Source of the DNA: Octopus sinensis
Lineage: Eukaryota
Assembly: GCF_006345805.1 (NCBI RefSeq)
Contig: NC_043009.1
Span: forward strand, 68,448,001 to 68,512,000
Direction of reading: 5' to 3'
Length of the DNA: 64,000 bases
This document shows, piece by piece, positions 13,132 to 25,112 of the stretch. How positions within the stretch are numbered: position 1 is the first letter of the stretch; every line of letters begins with the position of its first letter. Both the position numbers and the translations under genes were made by a program. Under the pieces are notes generated by a model. It saw only the letters and a list, made by a program, of their open reading frames with translations. It was not told the origin of the DNA and made no database searches.

Positions 13132-13339
13132 TCAAGTGTCCTCGTCGGCAGCGTTTGGTTTGTCTCGGAGCACAATCATTAACTTATTGACAAGGACTGC
13201 CAACATTTTGTCCATGGGATCCATGAAACCACGCTGCATCCATTTGGGGATTGTGACACGGGCATGAGAAAAACCGAGCTTCTGTAAAATATAGTCAACT
13301 CCAATGGGATCAATCTGGCGACTAGCCCAATGCACCAAC
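13132..13339 (-). CDS. BLTP1: BLTP1 terminal coding exon (LVHWASRQIDPIGVDYILQKLGF...AADEDT*), 208 nt
   Basis: Acceptor ctctctttcag|; TGA at 13134-13132; highly conserved C-terminal motif. Confidence 0.94.
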
Positions 13340-13449
13340 CTGAAAGAGAGAGAATTGGGAAAATGAATAGGGTCGAAGGAGAATGAGAAGAGGGTAAAGT
13401 TGGACAACGGGAAGAATGGGAAGGAGAAAGTTAGATGAGAGTGGGGTCG

Positions 13450-13812
13450 GATGGGAGAGGGGGGAAGCCAGACCAGAGGGGAGGAACCGGACCAGAGGGG
13501 GCAGCCGAACCAGAGGTGGAGCTGGACCAGAGGGGGGGAAGCCAGACCAGAGGGGGGAAGCTGGACCAGAGGGGGAAGCCGAACCAGAGGGGGAGCTGGA
13601 CCAGAGGGGGGGAAGCCAGACCAGATTGGGGAAGCCAGACCAGCAGTGGGGAGCCAGACCAGAAGGGGGAGCCGGACCAGAGAGGAAACCAGACATGGGG
13701 GGAAGACGGGCCGGGGGAGCCAAACAAGAGGGGGGAAGCCGGACCAGAAGCAGGGAAGGCGGACCAAAAGGGTGCAGAGTCAGACAAGAGTGGGGGAGAT
13801 CCAGACCAGAGG
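13450..13812. repeat. G-rich minisatellite, 17-20-bp unit GGGGAAGCC(A/G)GACCAGAG, about 19 copies
   Basis: Recurring gaccagag(g)n and aagccagac units. Confidence 0.88.
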
Positions 13813-14567
13813 AGAAATAAATTTAAATAAGAAGAAATTGGACAAGTTGGATAGGGGCAGATGTTAGACAAGAGGCATTTGGGACAAAAAGCAAGGCTAC
13901 ATCAAAAATGTTATAATTTTTAAGCTCATCTTTTTCTATTTAGACCATGAGAGATTTAATCTTTATTTCAATCTTTCCCTGGATAACAGACCAGTCTGTA
14001 ACAGATAGATCAGCTGGAAATACAGGGTACTTCTTGTTTGCTCCATTTACATGAAGTGAGAAAGTGCATAAAGAAATGTTCTGAACAGAGACAAACAGAA
14101 CATGGATTTGATCTCACAACCCATGAATCACAAGTTCAACATTTCATATGAGAAGGACTTACACAGAAACAAACAAACAAGAAAAGACTATTCTAATAAT
14201 TAACTCGGCTGAAATATAAATAGCCATAGAAGCTATTATTGTCCAGTAACAATAATAATCGTTCCAAACAGAAGGCCTAAAGTTTTAAGGGAAGGAAAAA
14301 GAAATCAATTATATTGACCTCAGTATTAGTACTTTATTCTGACCCCAAAGAAATGAAGAGCAAAAGTAACCTTGGAGCAATTTGAACCCAGAATGTAAAG
14401 AAACAGCTTCTATGTTCTCAGTTTGAACCCTACTACAATCCCCTTTTTTTCCTCTCATCTTTTCCAGGTTCACAAAGTACCTTGTCGTCTGTTCCCCTTC
14501 ACAATAAAATGTGTAACTTTGCACCCATTGTTTATTAATTAGAATTCCTGTATTTATTCATACATAC

Positions 14568-14724
14568 CGAACTGTAGGTTCTAAGTGCCAAGTCTTGCAT
14601 TCAAACTGGCGCCAGTCTTGCTTGAGAGCCACAGTTGGAACAATTAATTTCTTCCTCTCCATCTCTGGAGACTTGATTCCACTATTGGCTTTCGTTGAAG
14701 CGTTGAACCCGAGACGAGCTGTAC
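14568..14724 (-). CDS. BLTP1: BLTP1 penultimate coding exon (STARLGF...DWRQFECKTWHLEPTVR), 157 nt, phase 1-2
   Basis: Acceptor ctccctag|, donor |gtatgt; DWRxF and WHLEPT motifs. Confidence 0.92.
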
Positions 14725-16290
14725 CTAGGGAGAGAGGAAAAATGCAAAGATAAAACATACATCAAAATGGAACATTATACATCATTGTCTTTTAACATCT
14801 ACTTTTCCATACTTGCATGGGTCAGACTGCGTTTATTGAGGCAGATTTTCTAAAGCCAGAACCCACGCAGCTGAGAAGCAACCCTCTTCATCTCTGTACT
14901 TCTATATATTCCAAATACAGTAAGATACAGGGTGGCACAATAAGATAAGAGTTAGGCTTGTAAAGCAGCAGAGACGATTCCTGGTTGAGACTGGAGTAGA
15001 AAACGTAAAAGTGGTGATGGAGGTGGTGGTGGTGTTGATGGGCTTCGAAAGAATAGAAGGTTGAAGTGTTAGACAGTCTTTGACTGATGTCAGTTTGGAA
15101 AACAGCCATTAAATGAGATAATGGGAATGTTCAGACAGTTTGACAGGATCTGGTGAGCCCAGCGTTGCATCATGCGCCAATGTCAGTTTCTATGGCTGGA
15201 GCCACACTGGGCTCCAGTGTCTGTTCTGGTATAGTTTCTACAGCTGGATGCCCTTCCTAATATCATCCCCTTTACAGAAGGTACTGAGTGCTTTTTATGT
15301 GGCACCAGCACCCGACACAATGATGGTTATGGTGATGATGATGATTTACTGGTTAAGCCTATGACCCACATTTCCATAAGCAATTCCAATTTCTTTTATT
15401 GACACAAGGAGGATCTTCAAGATAACAAATGATCCCCCCCCCAACTTCATCGTTTCTTATGACTTTGAATAAGACAAGCTAACAAAACGAATTTCATGAA
15501 GTCGCTCCACCCGTTAGAAACAGCAACCAGTCAACCTCAAATGACAACCTACCCTCTTAAAAAGGGGAGGACACATTGGACAATGTAGTCTTAGATACAC
15601 AAGATCAGGTGCCTCAGTTTAGCTCCATGTCAGTAGCCCTGGCCAAGCAGACCTACATGGAGGGGGAATGGGTTCCACAATACATTCTTCCTCTTATAAT
15701 CACCAAAAAATAATAACATGAATGATCAAGGCACAACTGAGCATGTCCCTTTCCAAATGGTAATTAACTGCTGTGAATGTGTGTGTGTGAGAGAGAGAGA
15801 ATGTGTGTATACTTTCTTTATACACACCTATGCTTCATAGACTTCATTTATACATGCCAAATTCCAGCTCCACAAATAGAATATCTTTTGGCAATCAATC
15901 ACATCATCATCATCATCATCAGTTGATGAGAGATGTCCTGGCTTGTTGTTGTTGTTGCTGCTGGTGCCAATTCCGAGAGCTGAGTGTTGCAGATACGGTC
16001 CTACCAACTGAGAGACCCAGTCTTCATCACAAAAGGTTAAAGGTGAAAAGTGTTTGAACTCTGACCTTTCATGAAGGTATTTGGTCAAAGGCTCAACACC
16101 AACACAACAATCAAAATAAACATTTAGCTTCAGTTTGATGTAGAGTATCTTGTGATTTCCTACATGTGTATATAAGCATGCACACATGAACACATACATT
16201 ATATACACACACACACACAGACACATGTATGCAATATAATTCAAAATGTGCCACCATTAATGCAGACATACTTTTTCTCTCACCTCATTC

Positions 16291-16326
16291 CTTTCTGAAG
16301 AAGAGCACAGGCTCAAAGCATCAAAG
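16291..16326 (+). ncRNA. decayed minimal hammerhead motif (different PLE-like family)
   Basis: CUUU-CUGAAGA-A-GAGC(acag)GCUC-AAAG-C-AUC-AAAG; stems I and II intact, GAAA and GUC mutated. Confidence 0.45.
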
Positions 16327-17084
16327 ACTTCTTCCATTTTCCCTGACTGTCAGACTAATACACCTTTGTGGTTCCTTTGCCTGTCTCTGTCTTTTATACA
16401 CTTTTGAACTATACACACACACATGCATGCGTGCATGCACTTGATGTGGTTAGATTCCTAGCAGGGATCATAAACATATAGCAATGGAATCATCCATGAC
16501 TATATTTCCTTAAACATAGATTTAGAAAAATCCTTTATCTTCCCCTCCTCCTCCCTGACCCACTCTTGCACCTTTCTTTTGCTCCCTCCCCCCACCACCA
16601 CTGCATCCATCTCAATCACCATCTCTAATCATCTGTCATACGCATTTCACATTCTTCCAAACTTACCCTTTCTCTCTCTCTCTCCTCTGTGCTGTTCCTC
16701 ACCATCAACACCTCGCTTATACACAATCACCTACTACATTGACCTCATATATTTACTGCAACCCCTCTCACCTCGACCCCAAACCTCTCCTATATTTCCC
16801 TCCATCATTTGCTAGTCCCTTCTCCTCCTGTCCACTCACCCGATCCCAAACCTCTGTACCACCTCACTTATTATCATCACCCTAAATGTCCCTCAAAAAC
16901 AAATCCTCACATCTTTGCCATTATTGCTCTCTCTTCACCTTACTCTCCAAATCACTCTCCTTTTGTTTCCCAACAGGCTTATCCATGTACCCACCCAGCA
17001 ACACGATGCCTACCCCTGTCCCTCTACATTTTCAATCTCACGACTGGCACAAAGCCATCCTCTCCTCAGTTCATGTTCTCCACT

Positions 17085-17350
17085 CCCAGTTGAAGGGGTT
17101 TTGTCTTGCAAGATTACTTGGTGAGTGATAGTGATGGTGCTACTTCAAAAGTGATGGTGTCACTTAAAAAGTGATGGTGCCGCTTAAAAAGCACCCAGTG
17201 CACATTGTGAAGTGGTTGGCATTAGGAAAGGCATCCAGTTTTAGGAACCAAGCCAAAACGGTCTATGGAGCTTGGTGTGGCTCCCAGCTGCTGTCAAACC
17301 ATCCAACCAATGTCAGCATGGAAAACAGACATTAAATGACAATTACGATG
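17085..17350 (+). mobile_element. SINE family A copy
   Basis: aaaagcacccagt...gtggttggcattaggaaaggcatccag...cagcatggaaaacagacattaaatgac. Confidence 0.7.
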
Positions 17351-17925
17351 ATTACCCACCCAACCACTATATCCCTATTCTCTCTCAATAGACATGTTGT
17401 ACCGTAAGAGTATGCCCTCACCAACTCTCTCTCTCTCTTTCCAGCTGATAAAGCCATACATCTCCCTCTTCAACAAGACACTCGTTACTCTTCCTGCATC
17501 ATACTTCCACATCATTCAATACTACTCCCCCATTCAGTAGAAAAGTCTTGTCACATTGCAAGTTCCTTGGGGACCTCACCAGTGCCTGTGCCACAAAAAC
17601 TGCCCAGCACACTCTGTAAAGTGTTTGACGTCCAGCTGGAGCACCGGAGCTCAGCACAGTCCTCTGGCTCATCAGTTTCTATCCAACTGTCCATGCCAGC
17701 ATGGGAAACAAAATGAAGGTGGCGATGATAAGGATGGTGATGGATATTTGAATAGCAAGTCGTTTTACAGTTGCCTCTTCTGATCATCTTTCTGTCACTA
17801 ACCACATCATAACGAAGTAGGAGGGATGCCTCTATCTCATAACCAAACAGACAGAAGCCGGCGGCTGGCTAATGTACCTTACTAATTAAATCCACAACAT
17901 AATGACAAGCCACCTACTGCACATG

Positions 17926-17968
<43 letters not shown>

Positions 17969-18220
17969 TAAATCCAGTGTGGATGTACAACTGACTAATT
18001 ATATTACAAATATAAGAGTAGCTCAATGAAGATAACAAATACAGCTTTTATTTGTGGGCTTAAATTATGCAACAACTGCAATGGTAATCAGTGCATACAA
18101 TCAATAGCTGTGATAAGAGAATTTCCCATTAACCATTTCATAGAGGAAACACGATTGACATAACATTAGAAGTCTCTCATGATCAAAGACAAAGTGTACA
18201 AAAGCACTTAAACTAGGAAG

Positions 18221-18261
<41 letters not shown>

Positions 18262-18671
18262 AAAGGACGCCAATAGAGTTTTCCTTCCTTTTCATTTTTT
18301 GGGGTGTTTTTTTTTTATGTATTTTTATGTATTTTTAACAACCTATATTGCATTAATCTGTTGAGTATCAAGAGATTACCACCATGATTTATTAGGTATA
18401 ACAGATAATAGCAAGGTTGAAGTAGTAGATTAACCATGTATACCAACACAGGTGTGGTAAGTCTACGAGATACTGTAGGACCGAAGCAGGTGATACATGT
18501 ACCCGACATAGTAGTAGTAGTAGTAGTAGTAGTAGCAGCAGCAGTAGCAGAAGGTATACGAAATACGCAAGATCTAGCAGTGCTGATTTTAGTAAACATA
18601 GGAAATGGCTGTGTCTGGAAATTTTGACACGATGCAGATTCACCGATTTCGACAATGATAAAGTGTATTGT

Positions 18672-19075
18672 TCTTTTATTCTTTCACTTGTTCCAGTCAT
18701 TTGACTGCGGCCATGCTGGAGCACCACCTTTAGTCGAACAAGTCAACCCCCAGGATTTGTTCTTTTGTAAGCCTAGAACTTGTTCTATCGGTCTCTTTTG
18801 CTGAACCACTAAGTTGCAGGGATATAACTACACCAACATCGGTTGTCGACTGATGGTCAGGCGAAAACAAACACAGACACACACACATATATATATATAG
18901 CTATAGATATGACAGGCTTCTTTCAGTTTCCGTCTACCAAATCCACTCACAAGGCTTGGGTCAGCCCAAGGCTATATAGCAGAAGACACTTTCCCAAGAT
19001 GCCACGCAGTGGAACTGAACCCAGAACCATGTAGTTGGGAAACAAGCTTCTTACCACACAGCCACTCCTGTGCCT
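18672..19075 (-). mobile_element. SINE family C, near full length (tRNA-like head GGCTGTGTGGTAAG...GGTTCAGTCCC, CORE-like CCTTGGGCAAGTGTCTT, internal microsatellite)
   Basis: Homologous to copies at about 9150-9680, 9980-10335, 26935-27090, 31050-31325, 41423-41783 (-) and 28034-28390, 39875-40095, 42403-42772, 55490-55835 (+). Confidence 0.78.
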
Positions 19076-20163
19076 TATATCAGCATTTTTTGAAATAAAA
19101 AAATGATAAAAAGTTTTATAAAAGCATTAAATAAGTCTTTATTCAACATGAAACATTAACGAAAACTTGATGATGTCATTTAAAATGAATTTCCCTACAG
19201 CAAAAATGCTTACGGTGACATTTCCTATAACCAGATATACCAGATCTGATTGGTATATCAAATATACCAGATCTGATATACAGCACTGATGAAGTAGATA
19301 GCCAGATACACCAGGCTTAACAATATTATTGATGTGCCAGATATATTAGGTCTAGTAGTTTTGGTAGGTGTGCTAGATGTATCAGCTGAACAGGTAGATA
19401 TACCAGATGTCACATTGTAGAAGATAAAGGACAAATGAAACAAACTGAACAGTGATTATGTTGTTTTTTTTGTTGTTTTTTTCTAATAATTTTGAGGAAG
19501 AAAGGCATCTCTCAATCCTTTTCACAACTTTTAATACAGGTGAGATGAGAGGGAAATTTACCTGAATAAAGTTCACTCAACTTGCTAGAAATAGAAGCCA
19601 AATCTCTCCACACACACTCAGAATCACATAGCTAACATCCGGGAAAAAAAGCAGGATACAATGGACAATGAAGAGGATAATGATCATCATCACCATCATC
19701 ATCATTTAACGTCTGTTTTCCATGCTGGCATGGGTTGGACAGTTTGACTGGGGACTGGTAAGCCAGAGGCCTGCCACAAGCTCGACTGTCTGCCTTGGCA
19801 TGGTTTCTATGACTGGATGCCTTTCCTAATGCCAACCACTTTACAGAGTGGACTGGGTGCTCTTGACATGGCACCAGTATTGGTAATAGAAAAGAATGGA
19901 TAGTTATGGCTGGAATCTCTGATCTGAGCCCTAAACAACATTTGCAAGAGTGTCTGATGAATCCTACACCCACCCACAATGCCACTGCAAATGTTTTAAT
20001 ACCAGAAAGTGAGAAAAAAAGAGAAAAAAAAAGTGAATTGTCATCAATCAGAAATGAAGAGGAAAACAAGTGTTTCACAGGATCTTCTCCCTGCTGAGAG
20101 TCAGCCTTGAAGGTGAAGATGTGACTGGAAAATCTGAAAAGAATAGTTCCATGCAGGACTTAC

Positions 20164-20292
20164 TTTTATCTTTTTCTTTAATATAGGAGGAGACCAAGTC
20201 GTGTAGAAACCAGATCACTTCAGCATCCATAGCAACAGAAATATGGTCTTCAAATTCTGTGATGAAGCTGCATTCAACAATAGGTTTGTCTT
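20164..20292 (-). CDS. BLTP1: BLTP1 exon (EDKPIVECSFITEFEDHISVAMDAEVIWFLHDLVSSYIKEKDK), 129 nt, phase 1-1
   Basis: Acceptor ttgcag|, donor |gtaagt; VECSxxTEFxDHI and FLHDLVS motifs. Confidence 0.93.
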
Positions 20293-21047
20293 CTGCAAAA
20301 ATCAACAACAAATCAAACATTAGCAAAAGATTACATGAACACAGAATGGGTCCACAGTAAAGCTGCACAGGGGCCAACCGGGCTGTGGACAGCTGTGTTT
20401 ATAGAGAGAGGTGTTTATGCATATAGGAGTCTGGTAGGTTTGAATATGTTGTTACTATGGATGTATAGAAGAGTATTTTGTTGTTGATGTCTGTATTATT
20501 GGAGTAGAAAAGACAGCACCCATCACTTTGGAAGTTAGTCTTAGACTGGACTTAACCCAAAGGCTTGTTTACTCCAAGGCTATAGGAGAAGACAATTGCT
20601 CAATGTGTCGTAGAGTCGATATAAAGCCATATACTGAAAAAGCAAACTTCTTAGCCATAACGCTGTAATAATGTGCGTGTATGCATGCGCATGCATGCAT
20701 GTGTGTGTAGGGACTTTGGGTATTTGTCAAGACTCAGTGGTCAAACGTTTGCAGCTGGTCAGCTCATATCATGCTAGGACTTCAATCAGTGGTTTTAGTG
20801 CAGCTACAGTCATCAGAGGTAAATGCACTTGGAAATGATTTGAAAATTCTCATGGAGTTTGCTAACAGCCTTCGATAAAAGTTCTTCAAAGAGGGCTTTA
20901 AAGCTGGCAGAAGAAAGTCAATGCTTAAAGGAATGTGATACCTCAGGAGCTGTTGGTGCTTCAAAGGAATACGGTCCTCTGTGTGTGTGTGTGTGTGTGT
21001 GTTCACGCAAGTGTAGGTCTGCATCTAAGTGTAAATGTGAATATGTT

Positions 21048-21083
<36 letters not shown>

Positions 21084-22892
21084 ATGGATGTCTGAATGAC
21101 TGAGTGGAGATATCTAAAGAAAAAAATACAACAAAAACAAAAAGGCAAATAAGTCTTTGATAATAAAAGAAAACTAAATAAAAAAAAGCAAAGCAGAATA
21201 AAAAAAAAATCAATAGCATCAACATGACCTCCAAAGTGACATGAGAGGAGCAGCAGCAGCAGCAGCAGCCAGTGTAAGAAAAGAAGTTTTTGAAGGTTGC
21301 ACCATAAATAAACAGATGAAATGTCTTCTTCAAGTGATTCTTCAGCAACCTTTTTTTTTTTTTATTTCTATCTTGACAAATAATCATTTGAAGTAGAGTC
21401 ACAGAGAGTATTTATTAGAGAGAGAGAGAGAAGCCATGGAGTGGCCCGAGGGCCAAGCACTGAGATGAGCAGAGTAGGTAACAGTTGAGAGGTAAGTAGT
21501 GCAACAAATTAGTTATTAAGGTGTGTGTGTGTGAAGGAGATGTAGACAGTAACAAGTGCTGTCCTAATTGTTGTGGGGATATTGGTACATGGCCCTGAAG
21601 GCTGACACTAGTACTAAATTACTAACTAACTTAACAATAATAATGATGATGATGTTTTCTGTTATAGGCACAAGGCCTGAAATTGGGGAGGATGTAGGGC
21701 TAGTCAATTACAGTGACCCCTTCCCCATCCCCTAATAGTACTTATTTTATTGACCCTGAAAAGATGAAAAGCAAAGCTGACCTCAGCAGAATTTGAACTC
21801 AGAACATAAAGACAAAATGAGAAGAGGAAGAAGAAGATAGTAGTGGTAGTAGTGGAGGTGGTAGGAGGAGGAGGAGAGAAAAGTGAAGAATATTAGAGTG
21901 ATACATAACAGGGGGAGGGAGACAGACAGACAGACAGACAGACATGGTTGAAGAAAGACATTTATTTCTCATCTTTTGAGGTAACAAAGATAAACACAGA
22001 AATAAAGAGAAAGAAAACAAGAGGGAAAATAGAGAGAGAAGAGGAATGAATGGGAAGGAAGGTGGGAAGGAAAGAAGGAAGAAGAAGAGCACAGAGAAAG
22101 TAAAAATTGGGAAAAAGAGGAGAGAGAAAAGAGAGGGTGGAGAAAGGAGAGGGAGGGAGAGAGACAGAGAGATGAGAAGAGGAAGAGGTAGCTAAAGAGA
22201 AATGAGAAGAGGAATCCAAGAGAAGAAGTTGTAGGATGCTGTTGATGATGATGATGATGATGATGACAACGGCAGGAAAAGAGAAAACAAGACAACAACA
22301 GAGAGAGAATAAGGTTAAAGAAAGAGTAAGGGTGGGAGAAGGAAGAAAAAAAGTAAGGATTGAAATTAAAACGACAGGGAGCAGAACCCAGACTGAATGA
22401 TCGGTGGGGGTCAAAGAGATCTTTAAGGATCCTAAAGACAAACCGCCCTCACTCACCACCTCATAATTCTACCAGATTGATATATTCTAAATCCAAAGTG
22501 ACACCCATTACAAGAAGGTTTAACATAGAAATTGGTCCATTTGCATATAAATTGGTCCAGTAAGTCTTTCTACAGCTGACCATTCTTAGGACTGACCATT
22601 CAACTGTGAAATGAGAGTTAATACATGTTTTAAAGAATGCAGTAGAGTCTCATGCTTGTAACATAAAGGCTAGTTGAGGAACTTGGAATATCTGCAATTC
22701 ACAGGCAAAAACTCCCTCTGAGACTCAATAAAATCGTGGAATCAAAATTTTTGTAAAGAACAAACAATGCAGAGGAGAGTGAATTATGTGTTTAAAACAA
22801 CCAATTGATGAAAACCAGGGACATGTTTCAGTCTTATTTAACCTCCTCAATGAAGCAAGGCTTAGAGGTGATAAGCATACACACACACACAT

Positions 22893-22960
<68 letters not shown>

Positions 22961-23406
22961 CACTCCCTTGAGCACTATCTTTATTTTGTCAAAAATTCAG
23001 TTTCCTTAGCTTTTATTTATTAGTGTGGGACCCAAATTTTCTTTTGGGGTGCAACCCAAGTTCCCGGGCCTTTGCTTGTATTTAGAATACAAAATCCTCT
23101 AGAGTTTTGTTTTGGTCTATTATCATGACTTCCTCTGCCTATTAATGTTAGATGTTTCTTTTCTCCAAAGTTATTTTACACAGGAAAACTGCAAGACATT
23201 CTAAATGGCACACCAATGAAAAATTTCCTTGAAATATTTTAGTAGTGCAGCCTGATGATGAGCCATGTCTCATGGGTCCTCTGCTGCCTCCTCCTCCTCA
23301 TACTTTACACACTTCATTTATTTGGTACAGTTCTATATTCAAGAGATGAGGAATTATGTACATTATTTACATTTGATGGATATTTGTCCTCATCTTGTTT
23401 GTTGTT

Positions 23407-23452
23407 AACACAACGTTTCGGCTGATATATCATCCAGCCTTCATCAGGTGTC
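23407..23452 (-). ncRNA. minimal type I hammerhead ribozyme (Penelope-type)
   Basis: GACAC-CUGAUGA-A-GGCUGG(augauaua)UCAGCC-GAAA-C-GUU^GUGUU: stems I and II pair; stem III is the loopless palindrome typical of PLE dimeric hammerheads. Confidence 0.7.
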
Positions 23453-23499
23453 TTGGAGAAATTTCGAACCTAGGTTCTCATTCCTAAGGTATTTTTCGA

Positions 23500-23537
<38 letters not shown>

Positions 23538-23834
23538 TCACTGCCTGGAATCGAACTGGGAATCTTGGGGTTAGTAGCCCGTGCTCTTAGCCACTACACC
23601 ATATGCCTTGCCTGTGGGCAATTACGGAGTGAATTTTTAGGGCTTATAAATCTAATGTTTTTCTATCCTTCCTTAATACCAGTTCTAACATACCACTCAT
23701 ATCTGCACTCAGTCTGCACTCGAGAATGAAGTTAAAATAACAGAATGCCACTGGAAAATACGAAAACTAAAAGAAGCAGCACATATGATAGGACACAACA
23801 ACTCCAAGATTCCGAGTTCAATTCCAGGCAGTGA

Positions 23835-23914
<80 letters not shown>

Positions 23915-23940
23915 TAACCCAGGTTCGAAATTTCCCCAAC

Positions 23941-23995
23941 ACACCTGATGAAGGCTGGAGGGTATATCAACTGAAACGTTGTGTTAACAACAAAC
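23941..23995 (+). ncRNA. second hammerhead copy with a weakened stem II
   Basis: ACAC-CUGAUGA-A-GGCUGG...UCAACU-GAAA-C-GUU-GUGU. Confidence 0.55.
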
Positions 23996-24650
23996 AAGGT
24001 GAGGACAAATATCCGTCAAATGTAAATAATGTACATAATTCCTCATCTCTTAAATATAGAACTGTATTCCACTAGAATAGTTTCATAGTTATAACTTTCA
24101 GAGAGAGAGAGAGAGGGAGAGGGCGTGGAGGGAGGGATGAGGAGAGAGAAGGAGAGAGAGAGAGAGTGAGAGAAAGAGGATGCAGGTTTATACAGTTGAA
24201 TGGCTACAGTTTCCAGAAAGTTGAATCTAATTCAACATCAGTGTGGTTGGAATCACACATACTTAGACGTAATTTCGTAGTCGGATTGTTTGTTTTATCA
24301 GTCAATATCCAGGAGAAATTACCTGGTCAGTGTAGATTAATGAACTGGTACAGGAGATGAATTATGTCACACTCCATAAAGCAGAGGATTTCACTGGAAG
24401 GAGATATATTACTTATTGGAATATACTGTTCGAAAACAATTTCCAGGTTAAAACCTTGGAAGAGACGGTGTTCTGTGATGTTCGACATAATTATTCCTCT
24501 TAACACTAATTGCCAACTTTACTCTGCATGGATGACTTATTCTCAATACAAACTGACACAGGAGTTAAACAATGAGACGGATCATAAGAAGGGTTGGAAT
24601 TGTGACCCTTTTGTAGTCAGGAACCTACGTTTTTAACCCTAAAATTTTAT

Positions 24651-24681
<31 letters not shown>

Positions 24682-25112
24682 TGCATACATACATACAAGA
24701 ACACAATGGGATTTAAAATTTACTACAGCTGTTTTGGTAGCACCTTATTGATGTCTTCACAGATGACATCATAGGGTAAATCCACCAGGTAAAATTTTCA
24801 ACAGGTAAAAAGAGCTGTGGTAAAACTTTTTCTGATGTCCTACGAGTTGATGTGCTTAGATTCTAATCACTTCTATAACTAATCAACACACACACAGATG
24901 TATGTAACTATAAGTATTATTTCCTAATGAAGACATGGGAGGGCTACATATACGGCCTATGCTAATGAAGATACTTCACTAATTACAGTGTCCAATGGGT
25001 ATAGAGCTGTGGCACCTGACAACATTCCAGGTGTGAGGTGCTCAACCTATACCTTCACTTGACAATGACTTGAAATAATAAACACGGTCAGACAAAGACT
25101 CAGGTTACATAC

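Larger units (their letters stand above)
23328..24064. mobile_element. 737-bp fold-back element with about 250-bp inverted arms (Penelope-like pLTR pair or Tc1-like MITE)
   Basis: Arms 23328-23572 and 23800-24064 are near-identical reverse complements; ends TA|CAGTTCTATATT...AATATAGAACTG|TA. Confidence 0.85.

Noticed and set aside
13322-13871. Pro/Gly-rich ORFs in all six frames
   Set aside because: They arise from the stop-free G-rich minisatellite; only 13132-13339 is a real exon, with its own acceptor.
15082-15099. 14/18 inverted match to exon segment 14600-14617
   Set aside because: Both segments are near-palindromic and the duplex has several mismatches; too weak to call.
15828-16244. 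138-aa minus-strand ORF in a BLTP1 intron, and a possible C/D box pair (TGATGA about 16029, CTGA about 15921)
   Set aside because: No convincing splice sites, the flanking exons already join in frame, and there is no terminal stem or recognisable rRNA guide.
19555-19575. Second AG|GT juxtaposition on the minus strand
   Set aside because: Short pyrimidine tract, weak GTAAAT donor, and adjacent to a repeat.
23249-23280. CTGATGA followed by a small GAG/CTC stem
   Set aside because: No GAAA or cleavage triplet, so not a hammerhead.
23534-23606. tRNA gene
   Set aside because: A and B boxes and an anticodon-like loop are present, but the acceptor stem does not close; treated as a tRNA-derived head.
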